Source: Octopus bimaculoides (Eukaryota). Taken from it: DNA of 64,000 nt. The stretch is taken from positions 21,358,455 to 21,422,454 of the forward strand of contig NC_068998.1 in assembly GCF_001194135.2 (NCBI RefSeq). Direction: 5' to 3'. Made by a program: the position numbers and the translations under genes. Within the stretch, counting starts at the first letter, position 1; the number at the start of each line of letters is the position of its first letter. This document shows, piece by piece, positions 1 to 13,946 of this stretch. Below the pieces are notes generated by a model, which was not told the DNA's origin, ran no database searches, and saw only the letters and a program-made list of their open reading frames with translations.

Positions 1-499
1 ATATACTTAGTTCGAAGAGGTTGGTTTTCGAAGCACATAAATGTTATATATAATAGCAAGCAAACATTCGTTTTAAAAACCACTTGCGATAGAAACAAAT
101 CGAAAGCTGCCAGTGGGACGAAAGCTGCCAGGTATGACAGGCATTTTAGCATTGAAACAAAACAATCCTTCGAATTACTGTATCCATTTTAGAAACTTCA
201 TCCTTACCAGTAAGAATTGTATGTTGTGGTCATAAAGATTTATAAACTTTTGAGAGAACGTGAAATAATTCTTATTTGGAAGTGGACCTCGGAGTTCATA
301 GATGCTATATATAATAACATAAATATTGGGTTGAAAACCCTTTTTAGATACATAATGTCGAAGGCCGGGGCATGTCTCATGGAAAACATAAATTCTTACT
401 TTTACATCACTTTATCTGACGCCAAAGTTGACTACATTGATGGTATTGAATAACCAAATATATCGAATTATGTACCTTCTTTCATATTTTGTCTTGTAT

Positions 500-622
500 A
501 CTTTATTTGCTGCAGTCATTAGACTGCACCCAAGAAGTTTAGTCGAATGAATCGAGGCCAGTACTTATTTTCTCCAAAGTCTGGTAATTATTCTATCGTT
601 TGATTCTGCCAAACCGCCCAAG
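500..622 (-). mobile_element. SINE family A, decayed partial copy
   Basis: Similar to copies at 5968, 21649 and 38999 (cagtcattagactgc...ttagtcgaatgaatcga...agtacttatt...ctgccaaaccgc). Confidence 0.7.
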
Positions 623-653
623 CATTTATGCACACACACATACACACACACGA

Positions 654-692
<39 letters not shown>

Positions 693-728
693 TATATATN
701 NNNNNNNNNNATATATATATATATATAT

Positions 729-886
729 ACGACGGGATTCTTACAGTTTCCTTCTCCCAATTCTACCCACCCGGATTCAGCGGGACCCTTAAGCTATAGT
801 AGAAGACACTTGCCATGGTGCCACGCGTGGGACAAAACCAGAACAATGTGGTTGGGAAGCAAACTTCTTACCACATAGCCACACCT
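729..886 (-). mobile_element. tRNA-derived SINE family C
   Basis: Reverse complement starts AGGTGTGGCTATGTGGTAAGAAGTTTGCTTCCCAACCAC (A-box-like), then GGCAAGTGTCTTCTACTATAGC and ends in (TA)n; matches copies at 39478 and 52065. Confidence 0.85.
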
Positions 887-3800
887 TTATTCCAATTCTA
901 TACAAAAGCAATAGCAATGAAACACTGGTGACTGTTCCATTAGCCTTTAATAGAATTATTCCTACCCATGTCCAGTTCCTGATTTCTCTCAAGAGAAGAA
1001 TATTTACAACGGGTGACTAATCTGTTGTGGAAACATTCTGACCAGTCCACAAGTGACTAAAGAAATGTGAGCGATTGGCAGTTAAGGGTGGTAAGCAGTT
1101 CACTGTGAACCGTTGATAGAGAGCGGTGAGTCTCGTGTAATAGTAATAGTTGTTCGTCGTGTATATATTTTCTTCCCGCATTGCTTCGTTAAATTATATA
1201 TCCGACAATACAAAGATATAAAACAATCCTAGCCGTGAACTGTTGCAGATAGCTTCGGCTCTAGATTTTTAGACAACGATGCACAAAACGTCGTTCGTTT
1301 TACCGAAATGGCGGTCAACATTCTTTGTGTTTATCATTGATAATTGAAAATTCACTGAACACTATCTTTTTCAACAAGCATTGAAATAATTTTTACTAGG
1401 GAAAAGTATAGGAAAATTTATTGAATTTCATTTCATTTCAATTACTTTTTGTGAGTACAAAAAATTCCCATCAAGCATAGGGGGAGTAAAAACGAATGCA
1501 TAAGATTGAACTTATATACTTTACAACTAGTTACAAAATCTAACAACTGATGCCGATATAATTGAGAGTTTGTAGCTTCTACTCTCCTCCTAGAAAGTTA
1601 TCATACTAAGTGAATCGTGACGTCTATAGGTTGAGATGAAACCGTGTCGGTCTCAGCTTGCCAATTTCTTGCTAAACCTCGGGGTCTGCTACATACACCA
1701 TGTTCAAAAAGTAACTATAAAATGTTAAATTCAAAGCACTATTGTTCTTATCGGCAGACTGACAAGAAAACAGAGAAATAAGTATTACTTTAGAGTTTCG
1801 TTTAAAATATTAATGCGAAGTATGAACATTAACACCAAAGCCAGACAAAAAGCATCTATCAGATTTGTTACCTAATGTACTCATGCGATTGTTGGCTATA
1901 AAGCTCTATTTAAAAGTTAATCAAAAAGTCGATGTCTGTTGTAGTTGTTCGTGATTTTTAAGTGAGATTTGATCAAGAAAATCAATGATGTAAGTATTAC
2001 GGCTATGATTGTCCTGTCGTATTTTTGACAATATACTGAGGACCATATTATCCAATGTGTCTTTCATTTTTTTAAGAAAGTAAGGTGTAGTTTGGTGGAA
2101 ATTTCACTGTTTTTCTCTTAGACTTCATTGTTGATTAGACACCAGGCTAGGTGTGACTGAGTAAAGCTATTATCGAAATAGTTCCGAACTGACCACTGGC
2201 TATCACTGACTAACTGATCACTAAGTATGTGTACTTCGTTTTGAAGATAGTGTTATTTGAGGGAGATTTGAACTCTATATCTAGCAAATTAAACAATGCT
2301 GTTTCCTTGACTCCGTTGCTTTATTAGGTAGAGTCAATTTCGTTGAGTCGAGGTACATTGTGTCTTTAACAACAAGCGAACTATCAGCAGGATTATCATA
2401 TAACTGGCGGTTTGTTGACGTACTTTAAACTTGTTGTGTTGATGAATGACAGAATAATACAATCGAGTTAATTGATCGACACATCACAATATTAATAGAT
2501 ATATACACACGTAAAACACTTTTTACAGAATACTTCAAATACTGAATACCGAAGGCCCCTACTGGATTTTTTACAAATTTCTGCTAGTAATAATGCAAAA
2601 TATACTACATTGTTATAGAGAATGTATTTCAAGACTTGTTCTTTCGGATTCAAGTAATTTGTCGAAGAAACCCCGCAGTCGCTGCAACATGATTCCAACG
2701 ACTGGTCTCTCGGCTCGTTGCTCATAATCTATGAACGTTGGCGTGCATGATCCACCAAGTCTATTTTATCTCAATATTGTATGATAAAAAAAAACACTAT
2801 TCCTAAATATGGAACCCAATGACAGCTACATTATATGAGGTGCTAACTGAAATAAAGTGACTGGCAATGCGAGAAGAGCAGTAACTGCAGCGAAAGATTG
2901 ATTGCTATGTTCCTTGTTCAGCTCTACATTGTATGAAACACGTTTATCTACAACTGTTGAACACTTACCACTCTCTCGCGCACACACAAACACAAACGCA
3001 TACACACATACATTCATACAGACATATATGCATCTTAGTTTAGCAATTAGCTATTTGGCTGTGTCTGCTGATAAGTCCTGTCGTTATAGTTTGGTCTCCA
3101 GATCAGACATGATCTAACAAACCTGTGATCAAAAACATTCTACCTATAATTATGATCTACAGGTGGCAATACATTGTCAATTTTGTGCTTCTTTATGAAA
3201 TGTGATGAGGTTTGATGTGAGGTGAAGGAAAATTAGCGGCTATATTTTAACAGAGCAATCGACAGCGAAGAGTGTCCGCTCTCGTCTAGCTCTAGGTTAG
3301 ATTATTCGTGCTGATGTTCTGACAGATACCTGTATAATTAACTAAAGCTACACACAGTTAATAATGACAGGTACAAAGTAAGGTATCTGACATCTGGATG
3401 AAATCAAAACAAGAAATAAGAATCTCTGTGATTCCTCGACGTGTTAGAAACGGTAACTTAATTCCTATATAACACCAACTACGATAATAAAGTTACTGGC
3501 AAATTTTGAGTAACAGAAGGTCTGAATACATATTTAAAAAAAATGAGATCACCATGGTGGCAAAACTTGTGAGCATAGACCTGTTCAACAAGATTTCAAT
3601 GAGGTAGGATAAACATACAAACAATAACGATAGAAATAACAAAAAAAATTCAACTGCAGATGGAACCATTCAAAATACAATTTTGTAAAACCTTTTATTT
3701 AGAATGGCTTTAGCTTTTCCGATCACCAAGTCTAGATCTCAGAAAAGCAAATAAATAAAAAGAAAAATAGGCAAACAACACAGAAAATCAAATAAAAAGC

Positions 3801-4628
3801 AACGACACGAAGATAATTCGCTCAAACGTCATTCTGTTAAGAAGACGAAATATTGTGTGAGGTGCCCTACGACCTAGACACCATGGAAACTTAGAATTCT
3901 TTGAAAATTACTTGAGAAAGCAAAATGCACGTGTAGGTAAGTATTGAATAACATATATATCTGAACAATAATCAAAATATTTTGTATTCTAAGAACGTTT
4001 CTAGTACTGCAGGCACATGCATATTTTTATATAATCAATCAGCATATTTAATAAATCTTGAAAACTTCGGTTTCTTAAGATCTTTTATCTATTCAAATGC
4101 TTTAGAATAAATTTATTTTGCATATTGTCTAGGCATTTTGAAAAATATTTATGGCAGCATAACAAATTGCTTGTTGACTATTAAATCATATTAAAATGCA
4201 GCCACTTGCCCTGCGATCATAATATTATAAATGGTTATAGCTGTCTCAGTGTGCTGTGATCGGAGCTCTTTCTTCAAACAGACATAAATTTAACAGGATC
4301 TCAGTTTCTGAGTAATTCTCTGTTTCTACCTACCTACCTACCTACCTACCTACCTACCTATCTGCCTATACACACACGCCTATAAATACATATATATATA
4401 TGTACATATACATATTGTATACTTGTGCACATATATGTATGCATGTATGCATGTATGTATGTAGGTGTATATATATATATGTATATNNNNNNNNNNNNNN
4501 NNNNNNNNNNNNNNNNNNNNNNNNNNNNNNNNNNNNNNNNNNNNNNNNNNNNNNNNNNNNNNNNNNNNNNNNNNNNNNNNNNNNNNNNNNNNNNNNNNNN
4601 NNNNNNNNNNNNNNNNNNNNNNNNNNNN

Positions 4629-4660
<32 letters not shown>

Positions 4661-4690
4661 TATATATATATATATATACATATATATATG

Positions 4691-5102
4691 TGTTTCAGCT
4701 TAAAGGCTGTGACGATGCTGGGCACCGTCATTATCATAAGAATTTCAGCAGCCATTCTCATGTAGTTGGCTTTTGGTGAATGAGGGAACTAGATAATGAT
4801 ACCCTCATTTGAGTTCCCGTCATGATACAGGCTCATCAGGGATGTTAGACTGCAGAGTGTCATGGTGATTCTTTAATATATCTATCTCTATTTCTTGGAT
4901 ATCTCTTATATATTTGATATGAAATGAAATAGCTACGACCCGACAAATAAAAAATTACAGAAGTACTTAGTCCTTATTCTAGGCTGTGTGTTTGGGTGTT
5001 TTGGTACCATGCAGAGGTGTTTCATTGGAGGGGTTTGTAAAGCTACCGATAACTTTTTTCGGTACCATTCCTTCCAGGATCTTCTATATATGTAATATAC
5101 GT
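4691..5102 (-). mobile_element. CR1/L2-like LINE 3' fragment (ORF2 C-terminus plus 3' UTR)
   Basis: Minus-strand translation gives (W>stop)KILEGMVP and later NIPDEP, typical of CR1-type ORF2 C-termini; short tail GGTGCCCAGCATCGTCACAGCC...GCTGAAACA followed by (TA)n. Confidence 0.7.
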
Positions 5103-5107
5103 ATAGT

Positions 5108-5428
5108 GGAGATGCGTGGCATAGTGGTTAGGGTATTCGGCTTACAATTGTAAGGTCATGGATTCAATTCTCGGTGACTCGTTGTGTACTTGTGCAAGAC
5201 ACTTTATTTCACGTTGCTCAAGTACACTCAGCTGGTAAAATTACCAGTACCTGTATTTGAATGGGTCAGCCTTATCACATTCTGTATCACCCTGAATCTC
5301 CCTAAGAACTACATTAAGAGTACACGTATCTCTTGAGTGCGCAGCCACATGCAAGCTAAGTTCACGAGCAGTCTGTACCATTGATCGTATCAACTGGAAC
5401 ACTTATCATTATAACTGACGGAGTGCCA
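5108..5428 (+). mobile_element. tRNA-derived SINE family D (CORE-like body)
   Basis: A box TGGCATAGTGG, B-box-like GATTCAATTC, then TTGTGCAAGACACTTTATTTCACGTTGCTCAAGTACACTCAGCTG; related copies at 23745 and 53296. Confidence 0.8.
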
Positions 5429-5967
5429 TTTTATGCAGATCATTGCATATCTTTACCATTTGTGACCCGAGAGAAATTAATCTTTTATGTTTTACTGGTT
5501 TCAGTCATTAGACTGTGGCCATGCTGGGGCAGTAATGTGGAAATTCTTTCAGCCTCTGCCCGTAGCTCAGCTCTCTGACTAATGTATCTTCTTGGTCAGG
5601 CAACTTCGAATTGCTTCGAGATCCGCTGTCACTTGTTCTGAAAGCTCTGAGAATGTATATATACAATAAAGCACTGGCTGTTTATATGAAATCGAATTCT
5701 GTACGAGCGTTTTGTAATGGACGCATATATATACATGCATACAAATATATATACATGCATACAAATATATATATATATATATATATANNNNNNNNNNNNN
5801 NNNATATATATGTGTGTATATATATATTTATATATATATATGTGTGTGTGCGCGTGTGTCCATAAATCTCTGATCTCTCTACGTGACTTTTATCTGCGCG
5901 AGATTTCTTTTCTTTTCCTTTTCATTCTGGTGTAAGCGCATGCGTATATCGGCATATATATATGTAC

Positions 5968-6167
5968 ATTCTTTTATTCTTTTATTCTTTTTTGTGTTAC
6001 TTGTTTCAGTCATTTTACGGCGGCCATGCTAGAGAACCGCCTTTAGTCGAGCAAATCGACCCCAGAACTTATTCTTTGTTATCCTAGTACTCATTCTATC
6101 AGTCCCTTTTGGCGAACCGCTAAGTTATGAAGACGTAAACACACCAACATTGCTTGTCAAGCGATGG
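5968..6167 (-). mobile_element. SINE family A
   Basis: Near full copy with an (AAAAGAAT)n tail on the minus strand; aligns with 21649-21840. Confidence 0.85.
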
Positions 6168-6329
6168 ACGAAAGCATGCAGTTTTGGCCACCACTAAATT
6201 TGTTCGTAAGTATGATACGGGAAAAAGTCATGATTGTATCGAATGTTTTAGGGTGTTAGCTGTATAAATTCAGCATGTCATGTCACAGATTGAGTTTGTT
6301 TGTGAATGTACTAAAGTATATTCGCATTT

Positions 6330-6770
6330 GCTTTGAATTTTTGTTTGAATATATTTCCTTTTTCTTATCCGTTCTTGATCTGTGATTTTGAATGAACAAA
6401 GCTAGAGTGGAAGACTAGGACTTTGGGAGGTTTATTTTTTGCACATATGTTTAGCTGCCTTCTCATTGGAGTCACTCTAGTCCTGGGATCTCGTATTTTT
6501 TGATGATTAATAGTGCCATATTCTAAGAGTCAGATATTTTGTTTGGTGTATGTAATCCGCTTTACACTCCTTACATTTAATAGCATATATTAAATTTTTC
6601 ACGAATAGATAAAATTACTTTTTATAGTAGAAATCTCCCCTGATTTAAATTTATATTTTTTTTGTGTTCAATGAGTTTGATGCAAGCCCTACAATTAGGG
6701 CGTCATATGCTTTGGTTGTTGTGGGTTTTGTAGAGGGTAATTTAGCGCCACCATTGGTTTCGCGTCTGTT
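6330..6770 (-). mobile_element. Penelope-like element GIY-YIG endonuclease remnant
   Basis: Minus-strand frames read RPNCRACIKLIEH...KFKSGE and NLIYAIKCKECKADYI(H)QTK...IRDPRTRVTPM, i.e. Cys-rich linker plus GIY-YIG motif with frameshifts. Confidence 0.6.
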
Positions 6771-7345
6771 ATTGCTGTTAGCTGTATAGGCGACACAGCA
6801 GACCTGCTGCCTGGAGGCACATAATCAGTTTACAGATGGTGGGTAAGAATAGAATCTCGGTCAAACGAAATTCTTCGAAGCGAAGACTCCTTCTGTGCGA
6901 GATGGAGTAATCTCCTTTTAAACGGTTCCAGCTGTGTCTCAAAATGGTTAGTTTATGTACGATCTCCTTTCACTAGTCAGCAACACGGAACTACATATAT
7001 TCAATATGAATTTTCTGTCATGGCGGCAACGACTAAACATCTCACTTTTGGAATTTAAGGTCCTGAGACCAAACGAAAATTTTAGGATTCTTGCCTTCTC
7101 GGCCAAGGAAAGTGTGAATCGATTGCTTCCGATAAGGTTTGGTCTAGGCAGTTCCTGGAGCAGCCTTTTAATTCTGTAATTCTTTTAAAGACGATTTGCA
7201 CTTATGAGCATCCTGCATTTGTGCGATGTTTTGTGGCGTTCTCTGAAATCGCTTCTGCACTTTGCACACACACGCACACGCAATAACACACGCACGCACA
7301 CACACACGAACAAATATGTGTATGCATATATATATATATTTTTAT

Positions 7346-7382
<37 letters not shown>

Positions 7383-8027
7383 CATATATACATATACATT
7401 TATCTCCACCCACACACATGTATCTGCATACATGACATGGAGACATGGTTATATGTGTGTGTGTGTGTGTGTATAGATATAAATACACACACACAGATCC
7501 ACACACACACACATATATATATATGTATATCTGTACATACAAACGTCAATAAATGTATGAATATTTGAGCATGCGAATATTTGAGTGGGTTCGCCTAGTG
7601 TTTTCGATTTATCACTCAATGAGCTATGATGTTTATATATAAATACATGCAGCAGAGATGAAATATATTGCACATATATTATCGTCAGTACGTGCAGATT
7701 AACAAATAATAATAATCTTAATCTCCCCCTTGCTAAATAAAGTAATCAGAGGTATGGTGTTCTCTACAAATAAACTTATCCATAATATACCCCATGACCG
7801 GTCTTATCTACTGCTTAAAATCAGGAAAATTACTATTATCTATACTGCCGTTATTAAATAAAGCCTGGGTGATATGATGGCAGAAATGTTTCGAAAAATG
7901 TACACTACACTGAATTAACTTTATTTACGTACCAAATTATATATNNNNNNNNNNNNNNNNNNNNNNNNNNNNNNNNNNNNNNNNNNNNNNNNNNNNNNNN
8001 NNNNNNNNNNNNNNNNNNNNNNNNNNN

Positions 8028-8108
<81 letters not shown>

Positions 8109-8300
8109 TGTGTATTTTCCCCTTGTTTACAATTAACAAGGAAAAATAAGCAGTTACCAGAGTAGCAAAAAGCACATAAGTAATAAAGGCGTAACACCTT
8201 GTTTTTAAAGGTAGAAACTCCGGGTTTATGCGAAATATCTTGTATAATATATATTAATAAATAATTGGAGTTAAATGCATGTGTTATTCAAATTCTTTTA

Positions 8301-8387
8301 CTTCCGACACACGTTTCGAAGATGTTATTGATATTATTCCAAAGGAATAAAATGGTGTAAAGCAATCTAACGTTCTCTTCAGGGAAA
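8301..8387 (-). ncRNA. Type I hammerhead ribozyme (PLE-associated)
   Basis: Minus strand: TTTCC-CTGAAGA-GAA...(~50 nt)...TTC-GAAAC-GTGT-GTC-GGAAG; intact core, stem I TTCC/GGAA, GUC cleavage triplet. Confidence 0.7.
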
Positions 8388-8479
8388 TGAAGAAATAAAA
8401 CTCGTCAATAAGACATTTTAACAGAATATGATGGATATCTATAGTGATGAACTGAACGCTATTAAGTTTTAAATAAATC

Positions 8480-10900
8480 TTTAAAAGATATAACGCTAAA
8501 GGTAGCCTATATAAAGAGGAAACGTAAAGGAAAGAAAAAATCAGAAAACAAATAAATGAGAAATATAGACTATTACTTGGAAGTGCTTAAAAAAGAAATT
8601 TTTTAAAAGCTATAGGATTACCGGTAAAGGTGTACTCAGGAAAGCCAACCTTAAGGCCAAGAAAATTATGGAGAGGTATAAATTACAGATGAAGACAGAA
8701 CCACTTGATCCTAGGCAACCTCGTTTTATTTTGAAAGATCATAAATACTTTTTTTAAACAACCCATACTCAAGACTTATCTGTCCTTCTAGCTCTGACAT
8801 TGGTGTATTTAGCAAAAATATTCTAGATAAACGTATTCCTACCGTAGTTTAAAAATTAAAGCTTAGTTTATGGTCTAATTCATTCCAATTTGTCGACTGA
8901 TTTAATTCTATTTCTAATAAGAGGAGCACTAAAGTTACCCAGTTTGACATTTCTAGTCTTTATTCCTCCATCAACCCAATAGTACTTAATAAGGCACTTT
9001 GGCTTGCTCATAACAAAGCTGGTCTCACCAGGGAAGAAATTAATGTTGTGTTGGCCACCAGAAAATCTATCATAAAGTTTGATAAGATGTGTGTCCGTAA
9101 AGACACACCCGATGGTTCTGATGTTACGATGGGAAGTTCTGATTCTGCACAAGTAGCTGATTTGGTCTGTATATATATACTTTATGAAATGGCAGACCAG
9201 TTCCCAAGCATCAATGGAGGTCTATATCGTGATGATTGTCTACTTTACCTTCAAAATGTTTCTGACCAAAAAGTACAAAAGGTTAAGAATAGTTAAGTTT
9301 TTCCATAGAATGGGCTTAGGCATCGTTTTTAACGATTATGTAACGAAAGCCAACTTTTTTAGGTATTACACTTATCTTACACAATAATTCGTACTTCCCA
9401 TACCACAAACCATCGACCAATCTTAAGTATATTAGCCAGTTCAGTAATCATTCTAGGGCAATCACTAAGAACTTAGTTAAGAATATTTCATTTAGATTGT
9501 GTAAGTTATTTGCTAATATTGACATTTTCAATGACAAGGCTGAATTTTACAACTCTGGCTTACTTAAAGCAGGTTCTACAGATAAAGTTACCTACATTAA
9601 TTCCATTCAATCTTATTCTAACTTTACTAATAGAGACATGAAATCTAGGTCTAAGGATATAAACGGTATCAATCTTAATTTATACGCCAAACAGAGGAAT
9701 GGAGATAACCCTTCTTTAAACCCCATTTTTCATTAGGTAAATCGATATCTTTTAAAGATAGTTACACTAAAATAAGGCAACTAATAGCAAAACTATTTGG
9801 TTGATTATTCCTTATGGAAAGCAAATTAAATCTAATCTTCCTTTCCAGTTTCGGGAAGCTATTATTAGGAATTTTCCAAAAAATTCTAGGTATTATCCTA
9901 TTATTAATTCGCACACGGTTAGGATTTATTTTTCCAATACAAAAAGATCTCTTAGAAATTATCCCCTCACATAATATTAGTCTGTTAAATAAGAATCCAT
10001 TTAATAATACTAACATTAATTTAGCTAATACCATCCATCCCCCTAAAAATATTTACAATTTAAAATATGCTTACATCAGTTATCTTCCATTTTGAACTTA
10101 CTTCGATCTACTATCACCTGCACTACAAATTTTGGTGTTTGTTAGATCATTACCTTCAGATTCTTGTTCAAATATCCACTCAAATCAAGAAGAAAACCGC
10201 TACGGTGAACATTTTTCTTACAGTGTTTTATATTTTAGCTATCTAACCTCTGTGATCTAGAAGAAAACATTACCAAGTGACAGTAAACAGCTTGAAAAAT
10301 AGTTGTTATCAATAAATATAATCCCAATAGATTTTCTGCTTATTTAAGTGAACGATAATATTTTTGCACTTTGTGATAGCCTCAGTTGGCAGCGCTAAAT
10401 CTATAGAACTGCTCATACAAGATTGGATAACATCAGGTACTGGGAAATTTAAAGAGGAAAATCCATGAATTCAGTCACTTGGTCTTCTAAGCAAAGTTAA
10501 TATATCCCACGGCAATTCAACATACGTAAGACTTCTAGGAACTCTCCACGAAAGATGTTTCCTAGAACACCGCCGTTCCTCCTTCTTGGAATCGATGAAA
10601 TAAAATACCAATTGATTTGAGCAACTAAAATTTTCCTAAAAAATTTGTGACTCAGTGTCTACATCGGAAATGAAAAGAAGATGGTAAAGCCATGAAATTC
10701 CAACTGCATCTACTTTAAGGTCTACGTCACACTTCAATCCTCAGCTCACTTCACCCACACGCATAGGTAAACCTAGAACAAAGCTGCATACGTATGTCTA
10801 CCTTGGATGATTGTGTACGGCAACTGAATCATCTAAGTGCATATAAATGTTATATTACAGGTCATTAGGACACTTATCCAGCAGAAACACGTGTCGGATT
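8480..10900 (+). mobile_element. Decayed Penelope-like retroelement (RT plus C-terminal GIY-YIG; Naiad-like)
   Basis: Fragmented + frames: FILKDHK..NPYSRLICPSSSDIGVFSKNILDK; DVTMGSSDSAQVADLVCIYIL; GLYRDD; SQFSNHS..LVKNISFRL; KNPF; AYISY; EN-like TYV..ER..EHRRS near 10520-10580. Clade assignment is from remembered motifs. Confidence 0.8.
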
Positions 10901-10973
10901 GGAATCTAATGAGAATAATACTGTAATGAAATATTTTTAAGATACACACTTGTCTATTCTTCTATGCAGTGTT

Positions 10974-11004
<31 letters not shown>

Positions 11005-11232
11005 CAAATGTATGTGTCTCTCTCTCTATATATATATGTATGTATGTATATATGTATATATATATATATGTATATATATNNNNNNNNNNNNNNNNNNNNN
11101 NNNNNNNNNNNNNNNNNNNNNNNNNNNNNNNNNNNNNNNNNNNNNNNNNNNNNNNNNNNNNNNNNNNNNNNNNNNNNNNNNNNNNNNNNNNNNNNNNNNN
11201 NNNNNNNNNNNNNNNNNNNNNNNNNNNNNNNN

Positions 11233-11315
<83 letters not shown>

Positions 11316-12299
11316 GATAATGTCAACTTGGTCATTCTTTCTTGTAGCGTCGAGAACATACGGCACCGATAGATTTAAATAAATTATTCGTCCAAATTAG
11401 CGATCTTGCTCCTATGTTAGAAATGATTATTATGTAGAAGAGGCTGGCGAAATATCCATATATATTCACCAGAATGAATACATTGATGTTTTTAATTATA
11501 ACTATTTTGGTACCCGTGTTCGAAACCAAGCGAAGGGAAGTTTCTTTTCCATCCATTTGTGATTCCAGTTGCTTTCATAATCCTACTCAATCGATGATAA
11601 TATTTGACCATGTTCCAGTTTCACCAATCACCAAGTTTTCTTGTAGAGAAATACTTTGGACATTTACGTATTCTTTAGTCCAGCGCCCATTCAATTTGTA
11701 TTAATCCCAGGGGAATTGGAAATTGCGTCTATGAGATTAATCATTAATTAATCTACAGTGATTATACGAATCACAGATTTCTTTAATTCTTTTCTGAGTA
11801 TACATAATTGCAATGAAGTATCTTGAGATGACTGCACTTGCATTAAAGGCAGACAACCTAATGTATTAGCCATTGATAGAAGTTCTTTGATGAATCGGAG
11901 TGCATATATCTACAGATAATATTTTAATGAGACGTGCTCCGGTTTATTCATAATTAGCTACAATATATGTCAGATAATTGTTGGTCTACTGATGACCATA
12001 TTTCATACACGTATACAAGTACACAAACACGGATATACACACATATATATATATTCGTGTGTGTGTAATATGTCTATGTATGTATGTATGTATGTATGTA
12101 TGTATGTATGTATGTATGTATGTATGTATCTATCTATCTATCTGTATATATGTATATGTACGCACACACATAAACACACACACACACACACACATCGTTT
12201 TTAACTATAGAACTCGTGTACGTTCTCTCGAAGTTTGAAATTCTCATGATGAAGGCAACATACATACACATGTGCATATACATACACACACACGCGCAC

Positions 12300-12353
<54 letters not shown>

Positions 12354-12721
12354 GTATATATAACTTATAAGTGAGCAATTAATACATCTGTAGACATGCA
12401 TACGTGTATATGTATACATGTACGTGTGTAGATACATACATTATTCATACAACACATTAACTGAAGGCTTAAATGAGGATATATCTAATACATCACTGCT
12501 CTAATATAATCATTTTACCGAAATGTCAGGGGTACATATTCATTCAGTTGTGAAAATTTATGTTCATATCAGAAATTGTTATTTCAATCTCACATCCAAC
12601 CAATTGCATCGACACAAACACACACATAGGAACACATATACATTCGCACGAACACACGCATGCACACACACACACACACACACACGCACACACACACACA
12701 CACGTATATGTCTATGAGTAC

Positions 12722-12779
<58 letters not shown>

Positions 12780-13912
12780 CACACACGCGCAGACACAAAT
12801 ACAGGGGTCTAAAGGAAAGAACATCACAGAGAGGTCTCTCCCCTTGAAATATGCCTCTGCGACATGTATGTATGTATGTATGTATGTATGTACAGAGAAT
12901 ATGATGTTGCACAGCCGCCAGAACAAGGTCATAAATTTGCCAACTTGATTGCATGATATTATATAAATAGAAATTTTCATGGATAAAAATTTGAAATAAA
13001 TTTAGAATTTCAGTTTGTTTCCTGGAAATTATGGTTACATATAAATTCTTTTTGGAATTAACCAATTATATATGAAAGAGCGCTGCTATTATGTGGTGTA
13101 GCATTTTCAACGAGATGGATAAAATATTGGGTTGCTGCAGTTTTATTGAAATGATGTATTTCTATTTTTCCTATATGAAGAATTTCTGTTGTTCCCAGTT
13201 ATACTTGTAGCAAGGTTTTGGATATAATCGTAGGTGATTTTAAAATTATTGTAACTGAACTGCTTGTTATAAGTATCGTTGTTACATGGTTGCACATATA
13301 ATGAAAGAAGTTAGCTGCCGTATTGGAGGAGAGACTGAAATTGAAGTGGAACTGAGTGAAATAATACTTACCTGTTTTTATAATATGACACGGACTCTAT
13401 CCTACTTTTCTTTGAATCTACAACCTCACGTATACACTATTATCAACGCAGCATTCCAAATCGCAGGCATTTCCCCCGGAAAACACTTTAATCCATCTGG
13501 GCTGATGACCCTGTACAAAGATTAAACATAGCTTGTATTAGATTCCTTCTAGTTCGGGATGAGAATGTTCTTACAAAATAAAGAAGCAGATAATTTGCAA
13601 ATGATCATACGTCAAGATGACATGCTACAACACAAGCGGTTGCGTGTGCCTTTTCTCACTTTCCTCATTATTCCAATGGCATATATTCCTCTCAGATCCC
13701 AAGTTTCCGAGATCCTTTAGCTCAACAAAAGAATGATCAAAAATATTGTCAAGAGAAATTACGTTTCGATGGTTTATGTATTCTCGACATAATTGCCATC
13801 GACAATTCCACAAATCTTACTCTTTTATATATGTTTATAATACTTATTTTAACGAAACGCAAAAATTCTACCACAGGAGGAACTGTAGTTAGAAATAAGG
13901 TAAGAAAACAAC

Positions 13913-13946
<34 letters not shown>

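Noticed and set aside
2492-2725. 77-aa ORF MSNEPRDQSLESCCSDCG...
   Set aside because: No recognisable domain and no convincing splice signals.
4805-4845. CTGATGAG on the minus strand (4833-4839) suggesting a hammerhead
   Set aside because: It is the coding sequence for IPDEP of the CR1-like ORF2; there is no proper GAAAC or stem III.
5108-5185. tRNA-like sequences at SINE heads (also 23900-23975, 39570-39637, 53515-53583)
   Set aside because: A and B boxes are present but the cloverleaf is degenerate and each runs into a SINE body; not tRNA genes.
10800-10900. Possible sense-strand hammerhead at the 3' end of the PLE (GAAACACGTGTCGGA)
   Set aside because: The 3' half is suggestive but no CUGANGA core is recognisable; too decayed to call.
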